Part shown: positions 11,590-23,405 of the stretch, piece by piece
Position numbering within the stretch: position 1 is the stretch's first letter
How the letters are laid out: each line of letters starts with the position of its first letter
Assembly: GCA_000934665.2 (NCBI GenBank)
Contig: JYFJ02003362.1
Span: forward strand, 1-43,215
DNA length: 43,215 nt
Origin: Catajapyx aquilonaris
Taxonomy: Eukaryota
Direction: 5' to 3'
Made by a program: the position numbers and the translations under genes
Notes under the pieces: generated by a model
Told to the model about the DNA's origin: nothing
Seen by the model: only the letters and a program-made list of their open reading frames with translations
Databases searched by the model: none

Positions 11590-14500
11590 TCAGTCTTGCT
11601 TTATTCTGTGTCGGAACACGACCGAGCTCCCTGGGGATTCATCCTGGAAAGAACGGGGACGTAAAATTTTCGTTTCAAAAAAAATAAATCCTACCAACAA
11701 AGCATTACGAACGTACTGTGCTTGTGCACGTTCCCACTTCCGCAGCTCCTGCTTGGTCTCCGTGCTGCTGGCCCCATTCATCACCATACGAAGAGAAATC
11801 TTCGATTTTACAAAATCTTTGACTTCCCCGAACAGCCAGTCAGGCACCTACAGACACATACAAGATATTATGCTTATCGTGAACTCATAACACTCTGAAA
11901 CTTTGCACTGCACAAGTTACTAATACATGGAACCAAAATGCCTGGAGTGGCTTCTACCAATGCTCCACTCACCAGTACAGGTGTCCCAGAGTCGCTAGTC
12001 TCCAGCACGGCAGCCTTCCTTTTCTTCCCTACTGCCACCGTGACAGGCACCTTGCTTCGGTTTTGCAGGGCCTCATCATGTTTCAGGTCCCTTTTTGGGC
12101 ACGAACATATGCGTAGCTCGAGGCAGTGCCGCCCAAGCAAGACCTCTCCGTCCTCCAATGTGAAAATCAGGCGCAGAGGGCGCCTGTTTATGCCGCCTGA
12201 ACAGGAGCTCAGGCACATAAACTTCATGTACGCAACCGTACCGATGGTTCCCTCCGGCGAGACGGTACTGTCGAGTGGCAGGACCACACTCAGACGACGA
12301 GAATTTAGGTCTGAGTGGTACTCCGCACGCTGGTCATCAAGGCGGACCAGGTGGCGTACATGGGGGAAACCTGAAAATTATTAAAACTAATTAGAATACT
12401 TGAAGAATACTTGGAATCATCAAATCTGCTTGACCAATCATCTAAGTTTTTGGCTTTGACATTCTCAATTCGGGAAGACGCATGACTTACCCTGATCGCT
12501 TGTATTAGCGTGCATGAAGCAACGCTCGACCACCTCGGAGGCGGAATCATCCGTTGCGAACGTTGGCAGTATCCGCACCACCAAGCGCTCAGCATAATGG
12601 ACGTTGGAGTCCACGCTTATTTTAACAGGGCAAGGTCCACCCATGACGGAATACAGTTTGTTCAAGTCCCGGGAATACTAGATGGATAGGGAAAAAATGT
12701 AAGAAAATCATCCATCACATACTAACAGTAGCTCACAATACTGTTATCTCAAAGATGCAACTGTACAATTTACAAATCAGCTGTGAGCTGTAGGAGGCAT
12801 TAATTATAGGTTCTGCACACTTATGCATGTAATGCACCAAAAGCAGACTTACGATCCACTGTTTTTTCCCGTTGATTTCAGTGGCATCCACCGTAAAATT
12901 ATGCGGACCACTGTATGGCTCCACTGACGGGTGGGTTCCCGTGAACTTGGAAATGGTATGATGCTCTTGATCCATACTGCCAAAAAACCGATTGGCAGAA
13001 ACCGGAGTCATCGGGGAAGCTCCAATTGGAGACGTAGAGCTGCTGGGTTGCTGCATATCATCCATCGTCTGCACATATGTAATGTTGGATGCAGAAACTG
13101 AGTTATGCACCCTGAATTCGGAAAATGGGGTCTGCAAAGCATTAAAATCCAAAGTCAGTGAAACCATGACTTCGCTTCAAAATCTGGGAACGTACCAGCA
13201 GTGGATCGCTGTGGCCCAACATATCATCAGTCGTTATATGCTCTGCGAAGAACTTAACATCGCTGAAAAGAACATGAAAAATTAGTAAATGGATTCTGTC
13301 AAGGCCAACTGCAAGCTAGCAGTACCATTCGGACAATTACATTCATACAGATACTGTATCACTCAGCAGAGTTCGACGGGAAGGAGAATTTCATGAAAAT
13401 TACCCCACCTAACACCGGCATGTAGCTCTGTGCTGGGTAATGCAGCATAAAACAAATCCAACATCAAGTAATTACATGGCACAAAAGGTCAATAATGTGC
13501 CCTACCGTACAAAAAAAAAAAACAGTATTCAATAATGTACAGTACCCACATGGCTTGTCTAATGCACAAAAACATTAGTGTTACACAAATGCAACTAAAT
13601 GCTCAATTTACTCCGTAAACACACTCCAGATATGGGCCACAGCCCAATTAAATCTGGCATATCAATCGCTAGTGCATGTGAATGTAGTAGTGCATGCAGA
13701 AAAAGCACAGACTTGAAGGCATTAAACTCAAGAGGCACGTTATCACTTGTTTGCTACAAACATTTTGGCGGAATGGAGCGATTCCGCTAAACGCAAGTTT
13801 CCCTGTAGTCGTAACTTTCAATAGGAAAATCATGCTTCGCCAAATAAGCATACGAAGATATTGAAAAAAAAAATCAGCAAAAAGTGTGTGCATTTTCATT
13901 CTCTATGAGATGGTCATACTCATTCATAGTGCAGTACTGGTGGCGCCGCGAGCCATTGGCGCCAAAAGTGCGAATTCATTTCGATTCGCTCTTTAGCCGC
14001 CTCGGGCATGTGGCGCTACCAGTACGACACCATTTAATGTCCCTTATGCTGTTTCTTTGATCAATAGATGCTGAGCATGATTCTGATCCCTTCTGTTCCG
14101 TTTTTAAAAATGTGAGTTCAAAAGTCAGCGTCTGAGCTAGAAAGGACGCTTAGAGTTCTGTGCACCTGCCAAGCCATATAGAATTGGCTCCACTTTGTCC
14201 CTGATCACCTAGGTGCATGTAGTTAGCACTAGTGCGCCATCTGGTAGTGGCCTACCGTACTATGTTGAAGTGAGGGCGGGCCGGGCAGTGTTGTCAAACT
14301 TTGCTTTTCGGTGCCCTTGTTGGTCTAGTAAACTATGGAGGAAATGGCCAAAAGTCCCAAGAAAAAGCCCAAAAGCCCCAATAAGTTGGACTATGAAGGC
14401 GACGAGGCCCACTCGGAAGGGGACCAGGAAGAAGATGAGGTGGATCCCCATTTGGATTCACGGAGAAAGTGATATGCGAGATAGTTCGTCAATCTAATGT

Positions 14501-15908
14501 ATAAGCCAAGATTATCGGAATGGGCATTTCCAGCCATCCAGGGAACTCAAGTGGTCGGAAGTGACTTACGACAGAGGACAGGTCAGACTTTTGACACTAT
14601 CAAACCCGCCATTATACATGACTACAATCGTCATACGGGAGGGTTGGATCATACGGACCAGTTTTTGTCTTACTACACATTGAAACAGCGATCTCAGACG
14701 TGGTGGAAAAAATGCTTCTGGCGACTTGTAGACATAGCCATTGTGAATGCGTATGCTTGCTTCTGTTTTCACGAACACAAAATTCCGCAAAAAAAGTTCA
14801 GACTCGAGCTCGCGACGCAGCTGATTGTACCGTTCGTGTCGACAAAAGCTGGTCCGCTTCGTCCACTCGGTCCTCCTGGCCCTGCCGCTTCCGCTGCAAC
14901 TTCGCGCTATCACTGGCCTGAGACAGGCAAAATAAGGCGTCAGAGTCCATGGTGCCCCAACCCAGATCATCATAAAACATACGATGTATGCTGCAGTTGC
15001 AAACTTCACCTGACCAAAAAATGTTTCGTCGAATATCATCACAAAACGTTTGGAAAACCCTGGTATATGTAAATGCGGCTGAATTATTTAGCCACATTTA
15101 CACCGCAGAATTTTTGTACAAATTTTCGTAGCATAAGGTCCCTATTTTTTCTGTTACCTTGCCTGTACATAGTGTGAATCTGCTCAAAAATGACATGTGG
15201 ATGTCGTTTTACATAATAAAATAAATGGTGCAACTACTGTGTATTTGCACCTTTAACGATCCCTTCTTTCGACTCGAACGTTCCATAAACTTGCAGAAAA
15301 TCTCATGAGAAACGTCCGACTACAAGTATTTGCAATTGTCGCAGCGAGAACAAGTACACATTAATTACATTAGAATACCACACCCAACATGGAAAAAATA
15401 ACAAGTTGTCCGCAATTATCACAATTAAATTACTTGCCTCACAGGCTCGATGCGTCGGAATCAATTAAGGATTAAAAACGGTGAGATTCATTCAAGCCTG
15501 CCTCTCTTTGAAAGCAAAATTGCATGCGTGCTCAACTGACTTTCACACACGAAATTTGCACTCTACAAGCTGCCATTTTTGAACAAACAGTGAAAAATGA
15601 ATGATTTACTTCTACTCACTTTTACCGTCTTCAAAAAAAAAATGACCTAGACTGCAATAGAGAGGGTGTATTTCACAACATATTCTCAGCAAAACGATCT
15701 AACTGGAAATCGATGCAAAAGATATGAATTATGTAGCTGCAATGCTAGAAGATGAATTTACTCACTCGGGCAGCTCCAGCAGGTCGGAATCGGACAGAGG
15801 CGGCTCAGTTCCCTGAGAGTCGGTCCTACCACATGAAAAAAATGCAAGCGATAAGAAACACGAACATCGTACGTATTCAACCGAAAGTACTCACCTGTAG
15901 AGAGTCAT
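11590..15908 (-). CDS. p53: p53-family transcription factor (~420 aa, no SAM domain)
   Basis: Phase-consistent GT-AG exons: 15908-15895, 15825-15766, 13262-13196, 13131-12853, 12677-12491, 12370-11973, 11847-11590 (a further small intron in the last exon is possible). DBD motifs: YSRDLNKLYS, EVVERCFMH (Zn ligands C/H), FMCLSSCSGGINRRP, LRICSCPKRD. Also an NLS (KKRK) and N-terminal EPPLS. Confidence 0.93.
13934..14025. repeat. Imperfect inverted repeat in p53 intron, just upstream of the piggyBac relic
   Basis: GTACTGGTGGCGCCGC pairs with GTGGCGCTACCAGTAC. Confidence 0.55.
14335..15072 (+). mobile_element. Internally deleted piggyBac-family transposase relic, antisense within a p53 intron
   Basis: ORF 14497-15072 has KPAIIHDYNRHTGGLDHTDQ, WWKKCFWRLVDIAIVNAY, FRLELATQL and a degenerate Cys-rich tail (CCSCKLHL...CFVEYH), typical of the piggyBac C-terminus. 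A short acidic ORF at 14335-14472 resembles the acidic N-terminus. The catalytic core is missing and no TIRs were identified. Confidence 0.85.
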
Positions 15909-16253
15909 GGCTGGCACACTGGCGGCGAACTTGGCACTGCAAAAAGTACATTCAAGTTGTTCAACAGTAAGCTCAATCACACTGAACAGAATGTAATTAG
16001 CCACGTCCGACGAGCCACGTTGCAGGTAAGTAATTGGGGGGGGGGGGGGGAAAGTACCCTATCGGCACTAATTGCTTTCAGACACAACTAGCCAAAATAA
16101 AAAAAGTGGCATCGAATAATCATCATATCAAAACGCATGGCTATTATTTAAACCCACGTGGGGCTATTGTTGACAGCAGATGTAAGACATCATGAGACTG
16201 CAGAAATAAGTCTACTGTACTATACTACTATTACTATTAATAATATTAATAAT

Positions 16254-16254
<1 letters not shown>

Positions 16255-16299
<45 letters not shown>

Positions 16300-16552
16300 G
16301 ATACCCCGTGATAGGCCCCTTGGGCCTCTTAGGGGATCATCTTTTCGTGAACCGACTTTGATCATTTGCCTGAAATGTGATGGATTTTGATAGCGGGAGG
16401 AAACGGGAGAACCCCGAGAAAACCCACGCGAACACGGAGAGAACCCATCGAAACTCTTTCCACATAAGTATCCTCCGTCCGACCCGGGGATCGAACTCGG
16501 GACCTTAGAGGTGGAAGGCTGCGGCGCTAACCACTCGGCCACCGTGTCGCCC
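16255..16552 (-). mobile_element. tRNA-derived SINE with V-domain-like core and (TAT)n tail
   Basis: Minus strand starts GGGCGACACGGTGGCCGAGTGGTTAGCG (A box) and has GAGTTCGATCC (B box). Its core GTTCTCTCCGTGTTCGCGTGGGTTTTCTCGGGGTTCTCCCGTTTCCTCCC resembles the V-SINE central domain as I recall it. It ends in a TAT microsatellite. Confidence 0.85.
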
Positions 16553-16561
16553 TTATTGTTG

Positions 16562-16621
<60 letters not shown>

Positions 16622-16665
16622 GCTAAACCCGCCTAAACCCTAGTCGAGTGTTGTTGTTATTATTA

Positions 16666-16710
<45 letters not shown>

Positions 16711-16724
16711 GCTCAGCCCTAGTC

Positions 16725-16783
<59 letters not shown>
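16553..16783. repeat. (TTA)n microsatellite blocks separated by a repeated GCTAAACCCTAGTCAAGTG-like motif
   Basis: Three TTA runs, each followed by a related ~20-30-bp spacer. Confidence 0.85.
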
Positions 16784-17169
16784 GCTAAACCCTAGTCAAG
16801 TGGAACAGACGTATTTTGAAGAGCATAATAACTTTCTTTGTGAGAAAGAGACGTACATGTAAGTTGAACATGTCAGCGTTGTAAAAATAGAGAGACGCGC
16901 ACATGGCTCGATGATTAGGCATGGCTCTTGGGCAGCCTGCCACCCCCACGTACATAAGTTTTATGACTAATTTATGTTTACAAACAAATGGTGGTGACTC
17001 ATGCCGTGATCTCTTACCTAATTTCAACGGTGTGGAGACAGAAGAGCTGGAGGGAAAAACAGTCTGACAAAGAGTCTGAGTCACTCGCACGCCATCATAT
17101 CATCGGGAAGGATCGCCATGTGCCGGCCGGGGTCGACTACGCCGGACTAGTCGCGGAGGACATGCGCGG

Positions 17170-17730
17170 GACGGACCAATCACAAGCCCAGATCGGTTGG
17201 GGAGAGCCAATCAGCCGCGTTGGAGGGTCCGGACACTGGGTGGTGTGAACCAGGCCGAACACAAAGAGCGGCCATGTGACGTCACACGACAGCGATTAGC
17301 CAATAGGAACGCCGCGAAATCGTCGCGATAACGTCGGGCGAACACACGGATCAGTCGCAGTAAAAAAGAACCAATCACAGACCGAGCTCGATTGTGGACA
17401 GCCAATCGCCTGGACGTTAAGTACAACCAACTGGAAGGTGTAAACTGCAATGATGTGACGTCACACTTAGCCATCAGCCAATAAAAATGCATCAAACGTC
17501 ACATAGATGCAGCATATATGGATAGCCGTGATAACGAATGATGCAATGTTGCGCAATGTTTATGCTGCTCATTGCTCAATGTCATTTTCCATAATTATGC
17601 AATCAAAATGTTAATGACCCGCACTTGCATAATGCTGACTGCCTGACTCACTAATTAGCCAGCTCTAGTTGGCGTGCTTCCGGTTGTATATATATGGTCT
17701 CTATAAGCCCCCCCGCCAAAATTTGAACGT
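17170..17730. promoter_or_regulatory. Candidate bidirectional promoter (p53 / SYCP3-like)
   Basis: Six same-strand CCAAT boxes (17176, 17207, 17300, 17371, 17402, 17478) and two identical palindromic CRE/ATF sites TGTGACGTCACA (17275, 17454). Also a TATATATA run at ~17687 and CCCGCC-AAAA-TTTGAA (E2F/CHR, 17712-17727). A GTAAG donor near 17016 on the minus strand suggests a non-coding first p53 exon. Confidence 0.7.
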
Positions 17731-18112
17731 GCTAATTGCATTATTAGGACAAATTGAGCAATGTTTTGAGTACAGAGGTCATACCAGGAATGAAATGAGT
17801 AGGAAGAAGCACTCGTGGTAATCAGGCCGCAAACTCCATTACATTTAGTTACAGCTATGGTTACAGCATCTCGTCATAATAAATGGACAGCATATAATGG
17901 ACGTTAAGTAATGAGGCATAATTAGCCTCTCGAAGTAATAATGTATTGCAATTATTATTATTTTATTCTAGAACAACGGTAGCCAATCCCTTGGTTGCCA
18001 TACCGCAATAATTGTCACGATGACAACCGTTCAGTCAACAACCTCAAGTTTGTTCTGATCGGACAGCTTGTCCTGACTGTTCAGTTGAGACACTTTTGGT
18101 TGCGCTGAAGAG

Positions 18113-19410
18113 ATGGCTAAGTCGTTGGGATTCTCCGCAGGCTCCGCGGGTGAGGCGTCTCCTACCCACTCTCCTCGAAGCGGAGGAGACGAGGACGATG
18201 AAGCAGGAGACTCTACCTACTCAGAGTTCCTGAAGAGGACGGACGAGAGCGTCAAGGAGCAGATGAAGCTCTTCAAAAGTGAGATCCCCCTAATTAATAT
18301 CGTTGGCCACTAATTAAACCGGGGAACATGTCGCGAGCCAACTCATGCCGTGCATTCCAATGCTGTACGACAACAATTAACAGCTCGTCAACAATTGAAG
18401 GGTCGCCCCCCGAATATGCATGGGTTACAATAATCACTTACATTATTCGGGGCGACCCTTCAATTATTGCCAACGCAGACTGTTTACGAATTCTTATCGA
18501 CAAGTTGAATTTTTCCGAGCCACTGCTAACTTGGCAGTAACTAGCAGCAAATTCGACCCATTATTATATTTTTTTTTTTTGTAGCGGATGAAATCTGAAT
18601 TTTTTTTAAAAATGGGAGACATTTTTTTTGTGGCTTTCCATTTCCAGATGCGTACAAACCGGTGTTCGAGAAGATGGAGCAGATGCAGGTGCAGCACGCC
18701 ACCGAGCGTAACGACCTGTACGACAGCTACCAGGAGGAGCGGGACAACCTGCACAACCAGTGGAAGGAGAAGGTCAGGCACAGCAACGAGATCATCAAGC
18801 AGATCCTCGGAAGCCTGGGAGAAGGAAACGACATCAACAATGTCAGTACACCGCAACGATTATAGTCCAATACGTACAGTCAATGAGCAATTCAAATCGC
18901 TATGGATATGCCCACGTGCAACAATCGGAGTAAACACTTGTCGATTGTTGCACGAGTGCATTTTTCAACGGAAATGTCAGTGTGCTGTCAAATGAAAAAA
19001 AAAAAAAAAAAAACGTAATTGTGCTAATAATTGCGCTACTAATAGGCTGACAACCTGGTTCAGCAGGTGGAGGAACTGGAGAAGAAGCTGGAGGAAAACC
19101 AGGTGGAGGAGAAGGACCTGCTCAGGCAACTGGACGACCTGCAGGAGAAATACAAGCTGGTAAGTTGCCGGATTTTTTTTTTTATGTGCTTTGTACTTGC
19201 GTAACCTCTTTTTTCTTTTCCAAGCAATGCGAGGACCTGATTGCCGAGCAGCAGAAGAAGCTGGACGAAGTGACCTCCTCGATGGAGAAGGAGGCGGATG
19301 AGACCCAGGCTAAGGCTCTGGACCAGATGAAGGACCTGGGGCAAGAGCTGGGAAGAATCAACATGAAGTCGTTCGGTGGTAATGATGACGATGACGACGA
19401 ACAAGAGTAG
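18113..19410 (+). CDS. 213-aa coiled-coil protein, candidate divergent SYCP3 (Cor1/Xlr family)
   Basis: Phase-consistent exons 18113-18278, 18648-18841, 19064-19159 (NAGNAG acceptor), 19225-19410, with strong GC3 codon bias. The gene model is secure. The SYCP3 identity rests on a by-eye match (K.E...R..L...Y......L..QW and E.L......L...KE....Q.K). Confidence 0.8.
18389..18469. repeat. Hairpin/MITE remnant in intron 1 of the coiled-coil gene
   Basis: CAACAATTGAAGGGTCGCCCC..CGAATA pairs with TATTCGGGGCGACCCTTCAATTATTG. Confidence 0.75.
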
Positions 19411-20963
19411 CCTGATCTGAAAGAGGAGTGGTGGAATTGCCGGCTGTTTTTTTTTTAGTAGCGCCCACCCTCCCTTAGCCTCCATCCTGCCGTGATAGCT
19501 CCCAAATGGCTTCAAGTCAAATGTTCAATTTCTTGTTAGACGCGGGCTTGAGCTTGCTTTTATGGCCATTTGGAAGGGCTGACAAAAATAAAGGTTCACG
19601 TATATTTCCAATCGTTTTTGGTTTCGCTCTCAGCACATATGAAGATCTCAACAGTAGTTGTCGTATGTAGCCATAATGTTTTTTTTAAAAACACGGCAGC
19701 AAGTTTCTAACTAGTCGAATATGAGCCAGGCTTATAATAAACGGCATGTCGAAATACACTGCGACACTTTTTAATGTACCTTAAAAATTATACATCAAGG
19801 TTCAGCTCCTGCGTAAAAAATATACTACCTTCGTATTAAATGGCAGTTAGTAAGTACATAAATAATGTCGTTGTATGAGCATATAAATATAATTATACAT
19901 CTTCAAGGCCAGGTTGCACCGGCTCCAGGAAAATTTGTCTGGTCGAAGAAGAGCCGGGATAATTGGCTATTCATTGTTGTCAACAATTACGTCAACAATG
20001 ATGCGTAACAAACCATCCATTCGGCCAGACAAATTTTGCAAAATCGCCTTAACTGCAATGCTAGAGTAGGAATGAATGGACGTAAAAAACACATTTTCAG
20101 AGATTACGGAGGCACAAAATGAATAAGTAAAGGACCGCCAATTAGACATTGGGTGCTGACGTCACTAGCCTTAAATACTGAGAGGTAAAAAGTTAATCGG
20201 TGGCATTAATAAGCGTCTTATTCGTTACCGTGACGCCAGCACAATCAAGTTCTGATGATGCTAACGTACAAGTGGACATTCAAATGAAGCGAGCCAAAAA
20301 ATCGACTCAAAAAGTAATATAAGAATTCGGAAATCTTGCGTAAACGTTCTGTTTAAAATTGGTCGATGTCACTTAAACACTAATGTTGATCAACAGAACG
20401 CTTAACATTTAATTCGTGGTACACACTATGAATTAATTATTGGAGGACGGCTAAATTAGTGCTCAAGTGACATCACATGATTTTAAACAGTGCGTTTAAA
20501 ATTAACTTCCCTGAACATTGCCCATAGCTTTTCAAATTTGTAAAAGCGTACACAGGAGCATTTTCTGATGACAAGTGAAGTAAACAAGAAACAGGTTTGA
20601 ACGTGTGAACACTTTTAAGCGTAAATATTTCTAGCGTATGATATATCGAGTAAGGCTCTGTGAACACTGCATGGTGCTGTTTTCCCGGCATATGCAGCCC
20701 AGTTCGCAACTAGGCTTTGGTCAGTCAAAAATCAACTAGCAAATGATACGCATAAATTTTGGAATGCTGCAACAATCAACGAATAAGTTAAATGCATATC
20801 ATCAGAACTTGAGCAATTAGTTCCGACAGTATTTGGTGAATTAGAATCATGCATTTTAAATGCAACTGGGTCCCATACTTGTATAAAAAAAACCTTACAT
20901 TATAAACGGAAACCTTATGTGAAAAAAAACTACGTGTATATGAAACATGGTAAACCAATAGTT

Positions 20964-23284
20964 TTAAAAGTCGGCATCGTCAGCAAAGTCGTTCTCCTCC
21001 TGTTCCACCATGACGCCAGACTTCTGATATTCGCCGACTCGCTTCTCGAAAAAGTTCGTCTTGCCCTCTAGCGAGATGTGTTCCATGAAGTCAAACGGAT
21101 TTTCCACACCGTACAGCTGCAATGAGTTCGTTATGATTAAATCGTTTTGTTATAAAGAGACATGTACTAACCTTTGGGCATTGCAGTTCGACCAAAAGCC
21201 TATCGGCCACAAACTCAATGTACTGCTTCATGAGCTGGCAGTTCATTCCAATCATGTCCACGGGTAGTGCCTTAGTCAGAAATTCCTGCTCGATTGTCAC
21301 GGCATCGGCAATAATCGCAGTGACTCTCTCTTTCGACGGTTTGTTGACCAGATGTTTGAACATGAGGCAGGCAAAGTCGCAGTGGAGGCCCTCGTCGCGC
21401 GAGATCAACTCGTTGCTGAAGGTAAGTCCAGGCATAACGCCACGCTTCTTCAGCCAGAAGATGGCGGCGAAACTACCGGAGAAGAAAATGCCTTCCACCG
21501 CAGCAAAAGCGATTACACGTTCGGCAAACGTGGACTGATCATCCGCTATCCACTTCAGGGCCCAGTCGGCTTTGCGCTTAACGCAAGGCATGGTTTCGAT
21601 TGCATTGAACAGGAACTCCCTGCAATAATTCATAATTATTAGGTATTCATTGATTAATATCAAATGATAACCAACCTCTGCGTTTCGTCCGCAATGTAAG
21701 TCTCAATTAGCATGCTGTACATCTCCGAGTGGACGTTCTCCATAGCGACCTGGAACCCGTAAAAGCAGCGGGCCTCTGTCACTTGCACCTCCTGCCCGAA
21801 CCTCTCGACCAGATTCTCGTTGACGATCCCATCCGAGGCGGCGAAGAAGGCGAGGACGTGGGATATGAAGTGGCGCTCGTCGTCGTTCAGCTTCTCCCAG
21901 TACTTCAGGTCTCTGGAGAGATCCACCTCCTCCACGGTCCAGAAGGACGCCTCTGCCTTCTTGTACATGGCCCAAATGTCGGGGTATTTGATGGGGAAGA
22001 CCACAAATCGGCCTGGATTCTCTCGCAGAAGGGGCTCGGACTGGACGTCATGCGAGACGACACCACGCTTCGGTTTGGCGACGGGAAATTCCTCCGCTGA
22101 GGAGAGAGAAGCCTGCAAAAAAGAAATAAATGTACGTGGCGACCATCGAAAATTGCAATTACTCCAACCGCACGCAATCCTCACCTTATCCGAAGCGTCG
22201 TCCTCTTCGATCACATTCTGATAGTTGCTGCGAAGAGGCGTGCTCGGACCCTTCTTCGGCGAACCCTTCCTCTGCAAAATGACACCACTGTTGATTTCCA
22301 CTTTCAAACGAGCCACACGCTTTTAAATTAAAAACCAACTCTTTAACTTTAAACATCGTCACAGTTAAATATAATAATTAAAATTAATGCTGTCATAAAG
22401 TGATTGCGATATTATAATGAGCAAAAATAAAAGCATTAAATTATATAAAAATTAATTAATAACTGAAATAAATTACCCAATAAAAATAATAACTGATAGA
22501 AATTACTCAATAAATAACTAAACTCATAAAATAAATGAGCAACAGATAAAAATAGAGATAAATATATATATAACTGAAAAGCATATAAGCAACAGATAAA
22601 TAATGGGTAAAATAATTAAATGTTATTAGTATGCGCTTAATGTTATAATTAAATGTTATTAGTATGCTTAATGTTATAATAGGATTATAATTAATACGGT
22701 AATTAAATATGACAATAATTAACGCTGTAATTAATGTCAATTAACCCTAGAATATTAATGTGCCTATAATACTGTAAATACTATGATAATTAACCTTTAA
22801 CAATATATTATTATTGTAATTAGAATACTGTAAATAGTATGATAATTAACCTTTAACAAGATATTATTATTGTAATTAGAATACTGTAAATACTATGATA
22901 ATTAACCATATTCTACGATATACTATTAATATGATTAAAATTAATACTGTAAATACTATGATAATTAACCAATATTAATGTTATTAAAATTAATACTGTA
23001 AATAAATACGATCATAATTAACGCTGCAATTAATGATGAATTAACACTGTAATTAAATATGGCCAAAATTAACTATGTACTTAATACGATCAATAACGCT
23101 ATAATAAATGTGATTATTATTACTGCTGTAACTAAAATATGGTCATTATTATTATTATTATTAGTGTTGTATAGGCAAAAGACTTATTCCGAACCTTTGG
23201 CGACTGGTTATTCTCCTTGTCGTCGGTCAACTTGAGCTGGTCCTCCAGTGCCAGGGCGAGGTCGTCCTCTCCGGTGGAGGGCAT
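20964..23284 (-). CDS. RRM2: Ribonucleoside-diphosphate reductase small subunit (404 aa)
   Basis: Exons 23284-23195, 22271-22185, 22112-21676, 21619-21172, 21116-20964. Hallmark motifs: [74 protein letters not shown]-terminal DADF. The N-terminal KEN box (DKENNQSPK) is characteristic of the cell-cycle RRM2 type. Confidence 0.97.
22768..22990. repeat. AT-rich ~55-bp tandem repeat in RRM2 intron 1
   Basis: AATACTGTAAATACTATGATAATTAACC... repeated about four times within an extremely AT-rich intron. Confidence 0.75.
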
Positions 23285-23376
23285 CTTTGGGCAGCTGGGT
23301 CAAAGGTTAAGAGTAGGCTTCAACGAGGAGGAGAGAGAACAAGTCTTACCACGTTCGGTGAGGCAACAACAATAAA

Positions 23377-23405
23377 TGGCGAATCCCGCCGGATTTTACC
23401 CGCCA
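23377..23405 (-). promoter_or_regulatory. RRM2 proximal promoter with tandem E2F-like sites
   Basis: Minus strand TGGCGGGTAAA and GGCGGGAT lie immediately upstream of a GCCATT initiator-like motif and a short 5'UTR exon with a GTAAG donor at 23349. A further TTTGGCGCCAA site lies at ~23767. Confidence 0.6.

Noticed and set aside
16853..16875. Possible p53 autoregulatory element GTACATGTAA-GTT-GAACATGTCA
   Set aside because: Four mismatches to RRRCWWGYYY x2 plus a 3-bp spacer. I also saw no convincing full site upstream of RRM2, which has a KEN box and so is not p53R2-like.
21703..22221. Overlapping and antisense ORFs over RRM2 (similarly over p53, the coiled-coil gene and cullin)
   Set aside because: Shadow ORFs expected from GC3-rich coding sequence, with no independent protein features.
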